A stretch of 64,000 nucleotides of DNA. It comes from a virus. Its lineage: Duplodnaviria; Caudoviricetes. Below the pieces are notes generated by a model. That model did not search any database. It saw only the letters and a list, made by a program, of their open reading frames with translations, and was not told the origin of the DNA. This document shows positions 1 through 11,337 of this stretch, in pieces. Positions within the stretch are counted from its first letter, which is position 1. Every line of letters starts with the position of its first letter. The stretch is from positions 96,001-160,000 of IMG/VR virus record IMGVR_UViG_3300013121_000023, one strand, 5' to 3'. Position numbers and translations under genes: made by a program.

Positions 1-250
1 TGCTCACATGACGGACACATGAGAAGACTTCTCGGGAGCGGCTCATCTGGAATAAATGGTTTTGGATGGGCCGTTCTTTTTAGCTCCCCATGCTTGCATC
101 TGGGACATGAGAACGACGCATAAAATGCGTTCTGTTTTTTTTCTGCTTCCTCCAGAAGGTTCTTTTCACCTTCGGTAGCAAGGATATTCAGAGTAGCATT
201 CATGTATATGGTCGGTCTCATGGGATGGTCCCTGGTAGGAGGATAAAGCC

Positions 251-1930
251 GTGTTTACAGCTGTCATCAAGTTTACGCAAGGACTGAGCATAGGCGCTGA
301 TAATGCGGCTCTGCGAACCAGTAGCAATGCTACTGTTACTGTGGCCAGCGTGGGAGACCACACGGGTGTTTCTCAATGGACCTTCACGGTATTGGATGCA
401 CCAATTGGGAGTGCCTATGCACCTGGGGCTGTTCTTTCTTCTGGTCTGTCTACATCGACTACATTTACACCAGACGTGGTGGGCTCTTATTCTATAGAGC
501 TATCACTTACTGATGGTGACACAACGCTGTCGGTGAACAGAGTATTCACTTATCGTTCCAGCCGCTCTTGGACATATCCGCCGTTCAGAGCCAACTCTGC
601 AAATACAAATTATTCAGGTAATAGCCGTGGGTACATGGAGGCTATTGACCAGCTATTGAGGGATGTAGAGTCAAACGCACTATTCAGAGACACAGCTTAC
701 ACGGCTGCATCTGGTGATGTTCTCAGGTGGAATGGTAGCGCCTGGGCAAAGGACTCAAATGCCTTTTTCTTGGATGAGGCAAATGGCGCTTCATCTGGGC
801 AGGTACTTAACTGGAATGGTAGTGCGTGGGTACCAGTTACACCCGGAGGTGGTGGTAGCGGTACTACACAAGTTCTTATTTACAGACCTGGATCTACTCA
901 GTCTGGTAATAACTACACCAGCTGGACAGATCTAATGACGGCCTTTGCTGCCACTAAAGGTCTGGTATTCATATGCTTTGATAGCCAAGACGCAGCAGTA
1001 CAAATACCAGCTGGCGCATATAACTTTCAGTGGCGCGCAGTCTTTGTAGGTCTGCCATTCACTGATGTCATAGTAGCGATAGATGCTCTGGACGGTGCTG
1101 AGTGCCAGAATGTAATCGGCTTTCAAGACTTGCAGATATCGTGTCAAGCCATAGCCGGTAATTACAACTTCACTTGGGGTGCAAGCCCTGTGATGTTGCG
1201 CCTGGTAAACACCAACATGGCCGGTACAGGTGATGGCGTTGGTTTCGGTTTGCGTTTCAATAACAGTTTGAGTGTTCTGTACTTGCTAAACGGCAGCAGA
1301 CTTTCAGTTGACGCAGATGCTCCCGTAAAGGTCGAGGCTACAAAGACACTCACTGTTTATGTAGATGGTTCTTCTGAAATAGAAGGCGACTCTGTAAAGG
1401 GTGGCGGTACTCTCGTTGTATACGCTCTGGATGTGACAGCTCTGATAAGTAACCAACCCAATGTTGGCACTTTCACAGACTCATCTTTCAGAACCAGAAA
1501 CATACCAAGACTCCCAGATGCGAAGGTTTATTACGGCGTAGCTGGGTTGCAGACACATGATGACACAGCCTATAAAACGATAGGTGTCATAGATATAGAC
1601 CCATCTATACTGCCTCCCGCTGTTGGTGGTCAAATAACGCGAACCCTGACTTTCAGAGCTGTCGTACTCGTAGAAGCAACTGGGTCTACGATAACAGTAC
1701 GACTAAAGGATGAATCAGGCGCCGTTATCACCGGTAGCACCATTACTTCTACAGCTGCGGCAGAGACAGCACCTGAAGCCTTGAGCGCTGCGCTGACAAT
1801 AGGAGCCTCTCCTAATGTCCAGAACGCCAGGCAGATGTATAGAGTGGAAGTCAGAAGAAATGGTGGAGCCGGTACAGACAAAGTGTTCTGTTATTCGGCG
1901 CTCATGGAGCTTTCGTATGCAACAGTATAA
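251..1930 (+). CDS. virion structural protein (N-terminal PKD/Ig-like domain, tail fibre-like)
   Basis: 559 aa; PKD-like FTPDVVGSYSIELSLTDG, two fibre-type G(D/Q)VLxWNGSAW repeats; GGAGG SD before GTG. Confidence 0.6.
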   Translation: MFTAVIKFTQGLSIGADNAALRTSSNATVTVASVGDHTGVSQWTFTVLDAPIGSAYAPGAVLSSGLSTSTTFTPDVVGSYSIELSLTDGDTTLSVNRVFTYRSSRSWTYPPFRANSANTNYSGNSRGYMEAIDQLLRDVESNALFRDTAYTAASGDVLRWNGSAWAKDSNAFFLDEANGASSGQVLNWNGSAWVPVTPGGGGSGTTQVLIYRPGSTQSGNNYTSWTDLMTAFAATKGLVFICFDSQDAAVQIPAGAYNFQWRAVFVGLPFTDVIVAIDALDGAECQNVIGFQDLQISCQAIAGNYNFTWGASPVMLRLVNTNMAGTGDGVGFGLRFNNSLSVLYLLNGSRLSVDADAPVKVEATKTLTVYVDGSSEIEGDSVKGGGTLVVYALDVTALISNQPNVGTFTDSSFRTRNIPRLPDAKVYYGVAGLQTHDDTAYKTIGVIDIDPSILPPAVGGQITRTLTFRAVVLVEATGSTITVRLKDESGAVITGSTITSTAAAETAPEALSAALTIGASPNVQNARQMYRVEVRRNGGAGTDKVFCYSALMELSYATV

Positions 1931-2135
1931 CGTGATTATTAGTGAGCCCAGTGTACGTGCAGACAGGTACGGTAATAGACACTGGCACGCTAACATAGTG
2001 ATAAACGGTAAAACATGTGGGGCTGTGACCAAGCCGATCAAGAGTAGGGACGACTGGTTTGGTTTTCATGATACGTGTACAAGGGCACGAGAAAACCTAC
2101 AGTCTATTCAAGACACCATCTGCAAAGTTGGGTTA
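1917..2135 (+). CDS. hypothetical 72-aa protein ending at TTA
   Basis: GGAG SD, ATG 1917, MQQYNVII...ICKVG then TTA 2133-2135 just before the SD of the 2149 gene; fills an otherwise empty gap. Confidence 0.6.
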
Positions 2136-2148
2136 GACCGGAGAAACC

Positions 2149-3879
2149 ATGTCCAACGTGATCAACGCGAACCTTGTAAGAGACACCAACAACCCGCCAG
2201 ATGCGTGGTGTGTTACTTGGCGACTTCTTCTGTCCCTCATACAAGCAGGCTGGCAAATAAAGTCCTCTAGCAACGGCACTACAAAACTGGGTGTGGGTAC
2301 GGCTAGCCCGACCAACTTCAGCTTGGCTACTTTGCAAAACGTTGGGGCTGGAGGTACTGGGCCATCGATCACAAACAAAGAGTTTGGTGGATTGATGACC
2401 GTAACCGGTGTTTCTGGTCTTGTATCACCAACAGCTACAGACCCTGGCTCAGAGGGTAACTTCATCACCTTTTCTGGCTTTGCGTCGGGCGGTAACAACG
2501 GCACTTTTCAGATAGCCGAGGTACTGAGTGCTACTTCATGCACCATCTGGAATAATTCTGGTGTTTCTGGTGACGCGAATAACGGCAATGTTGGTGTTAC
2601 CTGGCAGGAGAAGAGCTTTAAGACAGCTACCTATACTCCTCCTGGGGCTGTTGTTCAGTGGGCTGTTCTAGAAGGGCCTAGAGTTATCAAGGTTCCTGTG
2701 AACACCACACCATCTTCCAGCTTCATCATCGGTGAGACTGTTTATCAGGGCGCCACCGTAGCTACCCAAAGAAGCGGTACACTAGCCGGCGTTGTTATGA
2801 ACTCTGCTGGTACATCTGGGTGGATGGCCATTGAGCCGCACGATTACGGCACATGGGATACGGTTGACGATATTGTAGGTGTCACTTCTGGCGCTACGCT
2901 GCTGGCAGCAAATATCTCAGCTACACCTGTTGTGTACGCGAATGAAGTGATGTTCGCGAAGTCTTCTTCAAACTATTATCAGGGTAGCTTTTTCTGGTGG
3001 TGCGGTGATAGGTCTGGCGAGAACTCAGACTCACTATCAGGTCGTGCAGGTTCTACAGCCGCTATTCCTCCCGGCTTTACAACCGACACCTTTCCGACAA
3101 ACGCCGCCCTTGGTTATGGCGGCAATGCCGCGCACCAGAATGTCATCAATACTACGGCAGCCAACATGGGCGCGAATGCACAAGTCATGTGTGCAAACGC
3201 TTTGCCCAGGCCGAGGCTCGCAAATGGAAGTGCCAGAACGCCTAGATATGCAGACGGTTCGTTCACCGTTTTGTATCACACGTCGGCCGCTCTTCTTACC
3301 GATGGGTCATACCCAGTGTCTTGGCAGCGCTGTGATGACGTAGAGCCAGGCGACTTGTCGCCGTTCGCCATTCTTACACAGGCGCAAGGAACAACCAGCT
3401 TCGATAAGAAGGCAAACCTGGCGAACACCTACATAGCTGCAACAAGCGGTGTTGTGCATCTAGGTACAAGCGGTTCTGTAAACGCTTGGGTAGCCTTTCC
3501 AGGTAGAGGCTGTGGTGTTGCTGCGAGAGATATTGTGCAGCCGTACGTCGGTCTCGTAGCGCAGACAACATCGGTACACTTCATGGCGCTGAACTCAGGA
3601 GAAGCCTGGAGGCTGGCAGTACACCCAGACACCACACCTCCTATAAGGCCCGAGCGCATTGGTTTGTACAACGATGGCTCAGCTAACCTAACTGGTGGCG
3701 TCACAAGTCAGATAAAGAACAAGAAGGGATCGCCCAGGTGGGTACGGTTGCTGCCTACAGGAAGCCGCATGTCTACGGCAGATAACAAGTTGTGGATATC
3801 AGTGGCTCCTCTTGACTCCACTTACGGCTGCTTGATGTTCGGGCCCTATAACGGTTCTACTACGCCTGTCGCCACATGA
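2149..3879 (+). CDS. virion structural/tail protein
   Basis: 576 aa, G/S/T/A-rich; NNGTFQIAEV motif seen in tail proteins; structural context. Confidence 0.6.
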   Translation: MSNVINANLVRDTNNPPDAWCVTWRLLLSLIQAGWQIKSSSNGTTKLGVGTASPTNFSLATLQNVGAGGTGPSITNKEFGGLMTVTGVSGLVSPTATDPGSEGNFITFSGFASGGNNGTFQIAEVLSATSCTIWNNSGVSGDANNGNVGVTWQEKSFKTATYTPPGAVVQWAVLEGPRVIKVPVNTTPSSSFIIGETVYQGATVATQRSGTLAGVVMNSAGTSGWMAIEPHDYGTWDTVDDIVGVTSGATLLAANISATPVVYANEVMFAKSSSNYYQGSFFWWCGDRSGENSDSLSGRAGSTAAIPPGFTTDTFPTNAALGYGGNAAHQNVINTTAANMGANAQVMCANALPRPRLANGSARTPRYADGSFTVLYHTSAALLTDGSYPVSWQRCDDVEPGDLSPFAILTQAQGTTSFDKKANLANTYIAATSGVVHLGTSGSVNAWVAFPGRGCGVAARDIVQPYVGLVAQTTSVHFMALNSGEAWRLAVHPDTTPPIRPERIGLYNDGSANLTGGVTSQIKNKKGSPRWVRLLPTGSRMSTADNKLWISVAPLDSTYGCLMFGPYNGSTTPVAT

Positions 3880-3887
3880 GGTTAGTC

Positions 3888-4262
3888 ATGGCTGACATAG
3901 GAACCACGGCTGACGTTTTCTATTACGGTACGCAGAATCAGACGATTGATTCGATGTACAGCGGTAGCCTTCCTGGTCTACATCCTAAAAATAACCAAGG
4001 GCTTGGGATAGAGCCTAGTAGTACTGACTACGGGAAGATAGTTCTAGTGGAGGGTGCTGGTATTCCTGCGAGTGGGCCACCACCTCTTCCAGAGCCTGTA
4101 AGGGTATTCAAGATGTCTTGGAGAGACCCTGATGGCACACCTGCGTGGCGTTCTTGGCGAGCTACTGGTGCAGCAGATACCAGTGGCAGTCAGTACAGCG
4201 GTCCAAAGAACGGTGCTACTCCTATATCGGATGCTACTGTTTTGGGTTCGTGGGTTGAATTA
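3888..4262 (+). CDS. hypothetical structural protein ending at TTA
   Basis: GAGG SD, ATG 3888; ...LGSWVE then TTA 4260-4262, followed by SD and ATG of next gene. Confidence 0.6.
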
Positions 4263-4276
4263 GGTGAGAGATCGCT

Positions 4277-7200
4277 ATGACATGTACAGCTGATGGTTAC
4301 GGCGCAGGTCCATGGGGTGAAGAACCTTATGGTGGTCCAGAACCCGTGTCTGGCGATCCCCTGCCATATACATCCGAATTCGACATATTCTGTATAGGGC
4401 CTTGTGCTCAGATGGAGTTCGCTACGCTGTATTTCGGCGTGACTGTACTACCTGGCGGGGACAATAGCTTTGTAGACAGTATATCCAAGGACCAGATACT
4501 AAGAAGCGGTGGTTCTTATCCTGATGTAGAAGCTAAGATGACCATCTTGAGCGAAATACCTTCGGGTAATACGCTTGAGTGGACATGGAAGTTGATATCG
4601 AGACCTATCGATTTTGCAACTCCTGCTGACAAATATCTTGTCGTCACGATGGATGATGAGACTGGTAAGAGCTACTGCTTCTACTTCTCTGACGCCGGTA
4701 TCGCATACAGCGATGTTCTGGGTAGTGCTTCGTCTGTAATACCTGATAGTACGGGTCTGATTACGCTAAATGAGTATTGGACCTTCAGAGTGGTGGTGGA
4801 CGTATCTGTAAATAAGATACTCTTTTTCGCCACCAAGACAGCAGACCTACCGCTAACTGGACATCAGCTACGATTCATTCTTTCTACGTTCTCTTCACCT
4901 CCTTCTGTATCGTTTGACAGCGTTACCATAAGAGCACTAGGTACAGTTACGGAGACCGCATATCTAAAGCTCGACTCCATATGTATGGGCACTGGTTCCA
5001 TATATCCCAATCTCAGACCTATAGCTGACGCTGGTACTGATGTTGGTCTTCGTATGTGTTCCATCGCCAGATTGGATGGCAGCAAGAGTTACGATCCCGA
5101 GGGGGCTCCGCTCATATACAAATGGAGATTGATCGACGCTCCTTACGATAGTGAGTTTTGTATAAGCGGACACGACGGATACACACTTTCGTCTATTTCT
5201 GGTTATGTAGATAAATTCTACTCGGACGAGTTCAACCCGCTTGTGCATACTATAGCTGTTGGTGACGTTCTTCTTTTGAACGGTGTTGCGCACACTATAG
5301 AAGTGATATCAAGCGATATAGACGGGTACTTCGTTCAGGTAGCTACAGTCACAATACCTGAAGAGCTTTCGTCCAGGCCGTTCAAGGTACTGCATCAGAA
5401 CGGCATTGATTCACCTACTTCTATCAAGCCTGTCTTTTACCCTGACGTTGTAGGAATCTTCAAGTTCGACCTGGTTGTGTTCGATGGCTCTCTTTATTCA
5501 GAACCGTCTGTCACCACCTTGTTCGTGCAATCGTCCAGCGTAGCTCGTGGCGTAATCCCAGACTTGAGCCTTCTTTGGGACTATCTGTCTGAGATATGGG
5601 GGATTGTTGAAGATAGGGAGCCTATAGAGACTTACTTCTCGGCCGCCTTTCAAGCTGCGGCTTCTGAGCTACTTACTCTTTGGCAAATCGACTACAATAA
5701 CAGTCTGACGGATATACAACGAACCTTCATACGCAAGTGGCTGTCTTACAGTTTGTTGCTTGAGGAGCTAAATCCATCGACGACAACTATTCGTAAGATG
5801 TACGGCGGTGTTGCAAGCTCGCTGATTCCTGCCACTGGTTCTAACCAGAACGGCCTTACGGTAGTTATCACAAGTACAGTACACGACCCTATAACCGCTA
5901 CCTTCGTTGGTACCAATCCAATCGTACCGAGCGATTTGAGAGACCAACTACTAGAAGCACTACAGGCTATAGATGAGTCGTATGAAGTGACGCTGGTTTA
6001 TAAGCAGAGTACAAATGAATACTCTCTCAGAGTAACTAGCTCTCACGTCTTCTCTGTGGATGCTTCCAGCACATCTACCATATTCAGCGCTTCGTACTCC
6101 ACGCTAATCAGCGGTTCTTCTGGTGCCTATGCTGGGGATAAGACGTACAAGGTAGAAATAGGTCTTCTTGGACTTGACGTTGTTCAAGGAGACTACCTGT
6201 ATATAAACGGTGATGGTTACAAGATAGATAGAATCATTACCGATGCTGCTGATAGCTATGAGTACCAGAGAATAGTTCTGCTCGACGATATAAGCGCCAT
6301 GTCGGGGGCAGACTGGTCAATACTTCCCTACGTAAAATCGAAGACGCTATCGTTCTACTCGGAGATGGTTGTTTTCAATGACAAGGCCAAGTTCGATGTA
6401 ATCGATGCGAGTGGAGATTTGGTTGTCTACACGGCAGATGTACTCGGAGCCACTTCTAAATCTGAAGATGTATTGTTTTTCGATGCGACAGCTATAGATC
6501 AGTTTTTGAGCGATGCTTCCTACACGGTACAGCTAGGAAAGATACAAAGGCAGAGGTATGTACCTATTGATGAGTTGATTACAGACGTACCTTATCTACA
6601 GGAGACCATAAAAGACCCTGGAGATGAGCATGTTCTTCGCAGAAACGTTGACTTCTATATAGAAGATTTCAGGGATTTGAAGTGCATCAGGTTTGAGCAA
6701 GATATCTGGGAAGGCGTTGAGGCTGTGCCTCTTTTGTGGGGCGAGTACAACTACCTGGATAACAGGCCTGTCATAGAAGCCAACTTCGGCGCCGCCGTAA
6801 ACTTCACTTTGGACGATATGCGTTCTCTGGGTATAAGCAACCTGGACTACCTATCGTCTGTGCAGGGTCTATGGTATGCGCACTTCAAAGCACCTACTAT
6901 AAGTAATCTTCGAATAGGTGCTCAGATACTTCTCGGCCTCCCATTTGCGGAGTCAAAGAGCACGATACTTGAGATACGTAATGACTTCTCCCCCAATACA
7001 GGGAGAATACTTCTACAGGATGCTGTTAATAGCGATGTAGTGCGTTCTTACAAGTACCCGAGTCTTTTGGGCCTTGAAACGAACCCGGCTACAGGAGTTG
7101 CTTATGCTGTAGGTGATACAGTTGAGCAGTTCGCTCCGCTTGTAAATGGCGTGGAAGTAGATGATTACGTAAAGAACCCAACATGGTTTTACGCCTATAT

Positions 7201-7810
7201 GGCTGGTGGAAACATGTTCGAGGTTCAAAAGTTCTTCAAGTTCGTGGTCAGGGTGGATTCAGCGGCCTTTAACCTGAACTCCATATTGTTCATCCAGCAG
7301 TTCGCAAAGCGGGTCAAGGCTACCTACACTTACCCCACCTTTGCCGTTCGCAAGGATATAGAAGAAGATCTATTGGAGGTGGACGAAGATACTGCTTTTG
7401 GCGGTACTCTGAGTATAAATACTTCAGTATGTACGTCGCAGGTGTTTAATCAGGCGTACATATTTGACCAGTGGGAACCAGGACCAGACAACAGTGCATA
7501 CAACATCGAAACCGGCATACATACAGTTCCTCAGTTCGATGTTGACGCAGACCCTGGTACGCCTATACCCAGCTTTCCTACAGCTGAAGATACTGCCTGG
7601 GGGTATGACAAAATGTTCATATGCCCAGAAAGTGAAATACTAGGCACAGCCTCTCTGACATCTGGCTCACCTATAACAATCACTTACGACAGTATCTTTG
7701 TGGTAGATGTGCCTGTGTACCAAAACTGTGACCCTGGACTACCAGTCACTTGGAGTTTTGACGACCCACCCCTTTCTGCTGGTACGTGGTGTACTTTCTT
7801 CGTATTGTAA
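4277..7810 (+). CDS. baseplate wedge/tail protein with PKD domain
   Basis: 1177 aa acidic; PIADAG..LDGSKSYDPEGAPLIYKW and FYPDVVGIFKFDLVVFDG PKD motifs; C-terminal baseplate-like region; no in-frame TTA found. Confidence 0.65.
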   Translation: MTCTADGYGAGPWGEEPYGGPEPVSGDPLPYTSEFDIFCIGPCAQMEFATLYFGVTVLPGGDNSFVDSISKDQILRSGGSYPDVEAKMTILSEIPSGNTLEWTWKLISRPIDFATPADKYLVVTMDDETGKSYCFYFSDAGIAYSDVLGSASSVIPDSTGLITLNEYWTFRVVVDVSVNKILFFATKTADLPLTGHQLRFILSTFSSPPSVSFDSVTIRALGTVTETAYLKLDSICMGTGSIYPNLRPIADAGTDVGLRMCSIARLDGSKSYDPEGAPLIYKWRLIDAPYDSEFCISGHDGYTLSSISGYVDKFYSDEFNPLVHTIAVGDVLLLNGVAHTIEVISSDIDGYFVQVATVTIPEELSSRPFKVLHQNGIDSPTSIKPVFYPDVVGIFKFDLVVFDGSLYSEPSVTTLFVQSSSVARGVIPDLSLLWDYLSEIWGIVEDREPIETYFSAAFQAAASELLTLWQIDYNNSLTDIQRTFIRKWLSYSLLLEELNPSTTTIRKMYGGVASSLIPATGSNQNGLTVVITSTVHDPITATFVGTNPIVPSDLRDQLLEALQAIDESYEVTLVYKQSTNEYSLRVTSSHVFSVDASSTSTIFSASYSTLISGSSGAYAGDKTYKVEIGLLGLDVVQGDYLYINGDGYKIDRIITDAADSYEYQRIVLLDDISAMSGADWSILPYVKSKTLSFYSEMVVFNDKAKFDVIDASGDLVVYTADVLGATSKSEDVLFFDATAIDQFLSDASYTVQLGKIQRQRYVPIDELITDVPYLQETIKDPGDEHVLRRNVDFYIEDFRDLKCIRFEQDIWEGVEAVPLLWGEYNYLDNRPVIEANFGAAVNFTLDDMRSLGISNLDYLSSVQGLWYAHFKAPTISNLRIGAQILLGLPFAESKSTILEIRNDFSPNTGRILLQDAVNSDVVRSYKYPSLLGLETNPATGVAYAVGDTVEQFAPLVNGVEVDDYVKNPTWFYAYMAGGNMFEVQKFFKFVVRVDSAAFNLNSILFIQQFAKRVKATYTYPTFAVRKDIEEDLLEVDEDTAFGGTLSINTSVCTSQVFNQAYIFDQWEPGPDNSAYNIETGIHTVPQFDVDADPGTPIPSFPTAEDTAWGYDKMFICPESEILGTASLTSGSPITITYDSIFVVDVPVYQNCDPGLPVTWSFDDPPLSAGTWCTFFVL

Positions 7811-7813
7811 GAG

Positions 7814-8506
7814 GTGAAAATGGCCAACAGGCGAACATCCAGAAGCGATCGTGTTGAGGTCCATTCGAACCTCAAGATGCTCATGCGTGAGAGGGGTAAG
7901 ATAGTAAGAGGCTCTAGGCGAGAAGTTCACAACATATGGCTAAATGCAGGTAGGTTGTGGCTCGCTAATCTAGTCGCCTACTCTTCTTACTCTCCCCTTA
8001 CACCGCAAGAAGATAACCGCATCAGATACATAGGTGTTGGTATCGGCGGCAACAAGCAAGACTCAAGCACGGTAAACAATTACCCCATGGGTCCAACTGG
8101 GGCACCATTGCTTGTCCCAAATGGCTACTACCCAGGCACAAATACACAGGATGATACGACTCCATCAGCGACTGCTCTTGAGCGTCCAGTGATGGTGTCA
8201 TCTACAAATCCTTCTGTGCCTTCAACACCTCCGCTATACAGCGACCCTGGCCAGCTGTGGATGAAAGAAGTAGGAGCACCGGCTTCGCATCCCACCAGCT
8301 ACTCGACCAAGTTTGTCGTTGTTTTCACGGAGACAGAGATTTCATACGGGCCTTTTTTGACCGTCCCTATGTCAGAAATAGGTCTCTTCACAAATGCTGT
8401 GGACCCAGCTGTATACAACAACCAACCGTTGGCTTACGATACATTCACGACCATTACCAAGACATCAGCCTTCTCGTTTGAGGTTGAGTGGACTTTGAGG
8501 TTCTGA
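7814..8506 (+). CDS. baseplate/tail structural protein
   Basis: HNIWLNAGR..YIGVGIGG..SEIGLFT..EVEWTLRF pattern of phage baseplate/fibre-base proteins. Confidence 0.6.
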   Translation: MKMANRRTSRSDRVEVHSNLKMLMRERGKIVRGSRREVHNIWLNAGRLWLANLVAYSSYSPLTPQEDNRIRYIGVGIGGNKQDSSTVNNYPMGPTGAPLLVPNGYYPGTNTQDDTTPSATALERPVMVSSTNPSVPSTPPLYSDPGQLWMKEVGAPASHPTSYSTKFVVVFTETEISYGPFLTVPMSEIGLFTNAVDPAVYNNQPLAYDTFTTITKTSAFSFEVEWTLRF

Positions 8507-8507
8507 A

Positions 8508-10655
8508 ATGGACTACTTTCACAGACTGACAGAGCCAACGTATTTCGTGTTCAGCGACAACGGTATCGCCATGGAAGGCGGCGAATCCGGTGTCACTTAC
8601 GATTACATCAACGATCCTCCTGGTAACGGAGATCCTGGCGCGTCTGCCCCTGTAAATACAGGAAAGCACGCATCTGGTACCAACCAAGGTTCTTACTTCA
8701 TTGGTTATCAGGACCAAGCGACATCTGCAAATGCCAATAGGCCTGCTTATGCTGTTGCACAGGGTCTAGAGCATATAGATAACATACTGCACGTTGCTCT
8801 GGCGATACCCACGAAGAGCGCGATGTACACGGCTGGTGGCTCTGAAACATCCAGAGCTATCAGTGACCGTATCTATAGAGGTACCGGCGCCATAACGGAT
8901 ATCTACAAGATAGTAGATTCATCCGGTAATGAAATTCTGGTCAACTCTTCTGGTATCAAGTGTCAGGTAACGGCTGTTGCCGCTCTGTCTGGTTCTTTGT
9001 CGGCCGATGGGTTTTACGACGGTGGTGTTACGTTCACCATCTCACCGGCAGTACCTAATGGTACGAACTACCACATACTGTACGGAGCTAGAAGTAATCT
9101 AGCCAGAGTATCGCCAGATATGTTCATCAGGTTCCTGGTTGAATCTAGGATGAACATAAGCGAGGTCATAGAGCAGCGCTTCAGGGCTCTCCATGGCGTA
9201 AGCCCGTTTGACGCTTCTCAGTTTGCCTGGGATGATACATGGAAGAGCACCATTGCAGACCTGGCCTTTGGCGGTCTCAATGACAGATACGGCCGCACTA
9301 CTGTATCCAATTCAGGTAAACCGGAAACCTGGATGAACCCGAATTACGATGACAGTAATATAGGGTCTGGCCATTTCATCGAGAGAACCGGCCCTGCTCT
9401 AAGTGTGTATACGTCTATAGGCGATTTGGACGGCGGCACACACTCTTATACAGACCCGTTCAATGCTTTGTTCAGGTCTATATTCTGGACTGGTAAGGGC
9501 GTCGGTACAACATCCGTATTGGGCGATGTTGGCTTCTTGGTCAACGGCGGTCGTAGAAGGTCTAATGACGAAACAGAGGACTACAATGCTCCTGGCCTTG
9601 CCAGCTTCTTGGCCGTTGAATCAAAGTCTGTAGCAAACGGTACATCGGCAGCAGACTTCTATACAAGGCTGAAGGGCGACGCTAACGCTACTATCTCAGA
9701 GGTGTCTGGCGAGCTTGAGGTAACTCTCACGGACGCTGACGCTGAGTTCTACGATACCGGTACCACAAAGACCAGCATCGCTGTAGGTCACGACCTGCTT
9801 GAGATAAGAGGCGTGTGGAATGACATAGCAATGCCGAATATAGATATACCGGCAGTGTTTGTTATTTCAGAGCTGGTCGTTGGAAACAACAAGAAGTGCA
9901 AGGTAAGGCAGCTGTCCGGCAAGCCTGTCACTGACTTCGTATCCAGCGCTGTATCTGTAAAGGTTCGTTGGCACGCCCCCTATTTCTCTGTTGGTGACGG
10001 TGGCCCTGAGTACTATGAAAAGATAAATGGTACTGGCACATCGAAGATAAACCTGAAGGGGTTTTTCTATTCGAGGGGTTCTTTGCTGTCGGCTACGTCT
10101 GGTAACAGAGTAAGCCCAGACCCAGCCAGGTTCTTCGCTCAAGACTCTTCTTCCACGGCTCTTGAGTGGGGTTACCATGTAAATGATGTGACCACAGCCA
10201 CCAGCGCCAAGTACACACCTAAAGGGTATCTGTACGGCGACGGCAGCATACAGACCACAAAGGTCAAGTCGAGCATATACGGTACAAATGCGTACGGCGG
10301 TGCTCTCATATCTCTGAGCGGTAGCCAGACGCTCAACATATCTGATTTGAACACGAATGCTTTTGCCATCGTGTTCGGACAGGCTGGAGCTGCGGTTACC
10401 TTCACCACAATATCTCTGCCTATATCGTCCATGACCCCAGGCGATAGGTTCGATATTTTCTTTGTGGCTGATGGCAGCACACCTATGCAGATAAGCAGCA
10501 CAACTACTACATGGCCTTCTGACTGCATGTTTGAGAACAGCGCAGACAGACTGCTCAGCAATGACACCAGTGTTATAGACCACTACTCTGGTGTTGTGGT
10601 TGTTGACTCTTCTCTAAATAACGTAGCTCTCATGACCGTTCGTAGGTACTACTGA
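8508..10655 (+). CDS. tail fibre-like protein
   Basis: 715 aa, G/S/T-rich, C-terminal TWPS..DHY domain; structural operon. Confidence 0.55.
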   Translation: MDYFHRLTEPTYFVFSDNGIAMEGGESGVTYDYINDPPGNGDPGASAPVNTGKHASGTNQGSYFIGYQDQATSANANRPAYAVAQGLEHIDNILHVALAIPTKSAMYTAGGSETSRAISDRIYRGTGAITDIYKIVDSSGNEILVNSSGIKCQVTAVAALSGSLSADGFYDGGVTFTISPAVPNGTNYHILYGARSNLARVSPDMFIRFLVESRMNISEVIEQRFRALHGVSPFDASQFAWDDTWKSTIADLAFGGLNDRYGRTTVSNSGKPETWMNPNYDDSNIGSGHFIERTGPALSVYTSIGDLDGGTHSYTDPFNALFRSIFWTGKGVGTTSVLGDVGFLVNGGRRRSNDETEDYNAPGLASFLAVESKSVANGTSAADFYTRLKGDANATISEVSGELEVTLTDADAEFYDTGTTKTSIAVGHDLLEIRGVWNDIAMPNIDIPAVFVISELVVGNNKKCKVRQLSGKPVTDFVSSAVSVKVRWHAPYFSVGDGGPEYYEKINGTGTSKINLKGFFYSRGSLLSATSGNRVSPDPARFFAQDSSSTALEWGYHVNDVTTATSAKYTPKGYLYGDGSIQTTKVKSSIYGTNAYGGALISLSGSQTLNISDLNTNAFAIVFGQAGAAVTFTTISLPISSMTPGDRFDIFFVADGSTPMQISSTTTTWPSDCMFENSADRLLSNDTSVIDHYSGVVVVDSSLNNVALMTVRRYY

Positions 10656-10663
10656 GGTAAGCC

Positions 10664-11335
10664 ATGACGATTCAACAGAGACAGAGGCCTGCTTCAAACC
10701 TGGAGCGGACGCTAGCCTACAACAACAACACGACCATAGTTGGTACTGGAAAGACCGTGGCTTTTGAGCCATCTGGTCCTACAGCCTGGCTAGATACGAG
10801 CTTCAGGTGGGTACTGGTTCTAGATGCTCCTGCCATAGCAGCCGGTAACTTCGCTGACTTCTCTGCTGTGTATCCAGGTCATACAGCAGTGGATGGCGGT
10901 GAAAACCTACTTGAGTTGATTCACATAGGCTCACCTGCCTTCCCTACAGCCGGCCCATCATCGAAGCCATTTTCTATAACAAATTATATCGAAGACATCA
11001 TGGTGTTTGCGGGCAGTGATTATGCAAGTACTCCTGCTTATGGCAACACCACACTAGCGTTCAACTTCTACTTGAACAGAAGCAACGCCATAAATAAGAC
11101 AGGTGGTCTCATATATAGCAAGACCGTTCAGGGAGGCATCACATTCCCTAACGGAACTACTGATAACTACGAAATACAGACTACAAAGGATACGACAGCA
11201 GGTAGAAGGTTTGTCATGAGTGGTGGTACTTCATCTACGACCGCAAACAGGCTAACCATGTCTATCGAGAACACTGGTGCAAATAGCATGATTGCTGGTG
11301 ACATCGTGGTAGTTGTAAAGGGCTTCAGGGTGTAA
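10664..11335 (+). CDS. hypothetical structural protein
   Basis: 223 aa, GAGG SD, co-linear with tail genes. Confidence 0.55.
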   Translation: MTIQQRQRPASNLERTLAYNNNTTIVGTGKTVAFEPSGPTAWLDTSFRWVLVLDAPAIAAGNFADFSAVYPGHTAVDGGENLLELIHIGSPAFPTAGPSSKPFSITNYIEDIMVFAGSDYASTPAYGNTTLAFNFYLNRSNAINKTGGLIYSKTVQGGITFPNGTTDNYEIQTTKDTTAGRRFVMSGGTSSTTANRLTMSIENTGANSMIAGDIVVVVKGFRV

Positions 11336-11337
11336 TC

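Noticed and set aside
1-250. Possible end of an upstream gene and regulatory region
   Set aside because: Too little sequence to assign a frame or product
9867-10583. 238-aa antisense ORF (and similar shadow ORFs such as 16014-16718, 19935-20423, 51898-52377)
   Set aside because: Opposite well-supported genes, no SD or recognisable motifs; avoidance of in-frame TTA removes antisense TAA stops and lengthens such shadows
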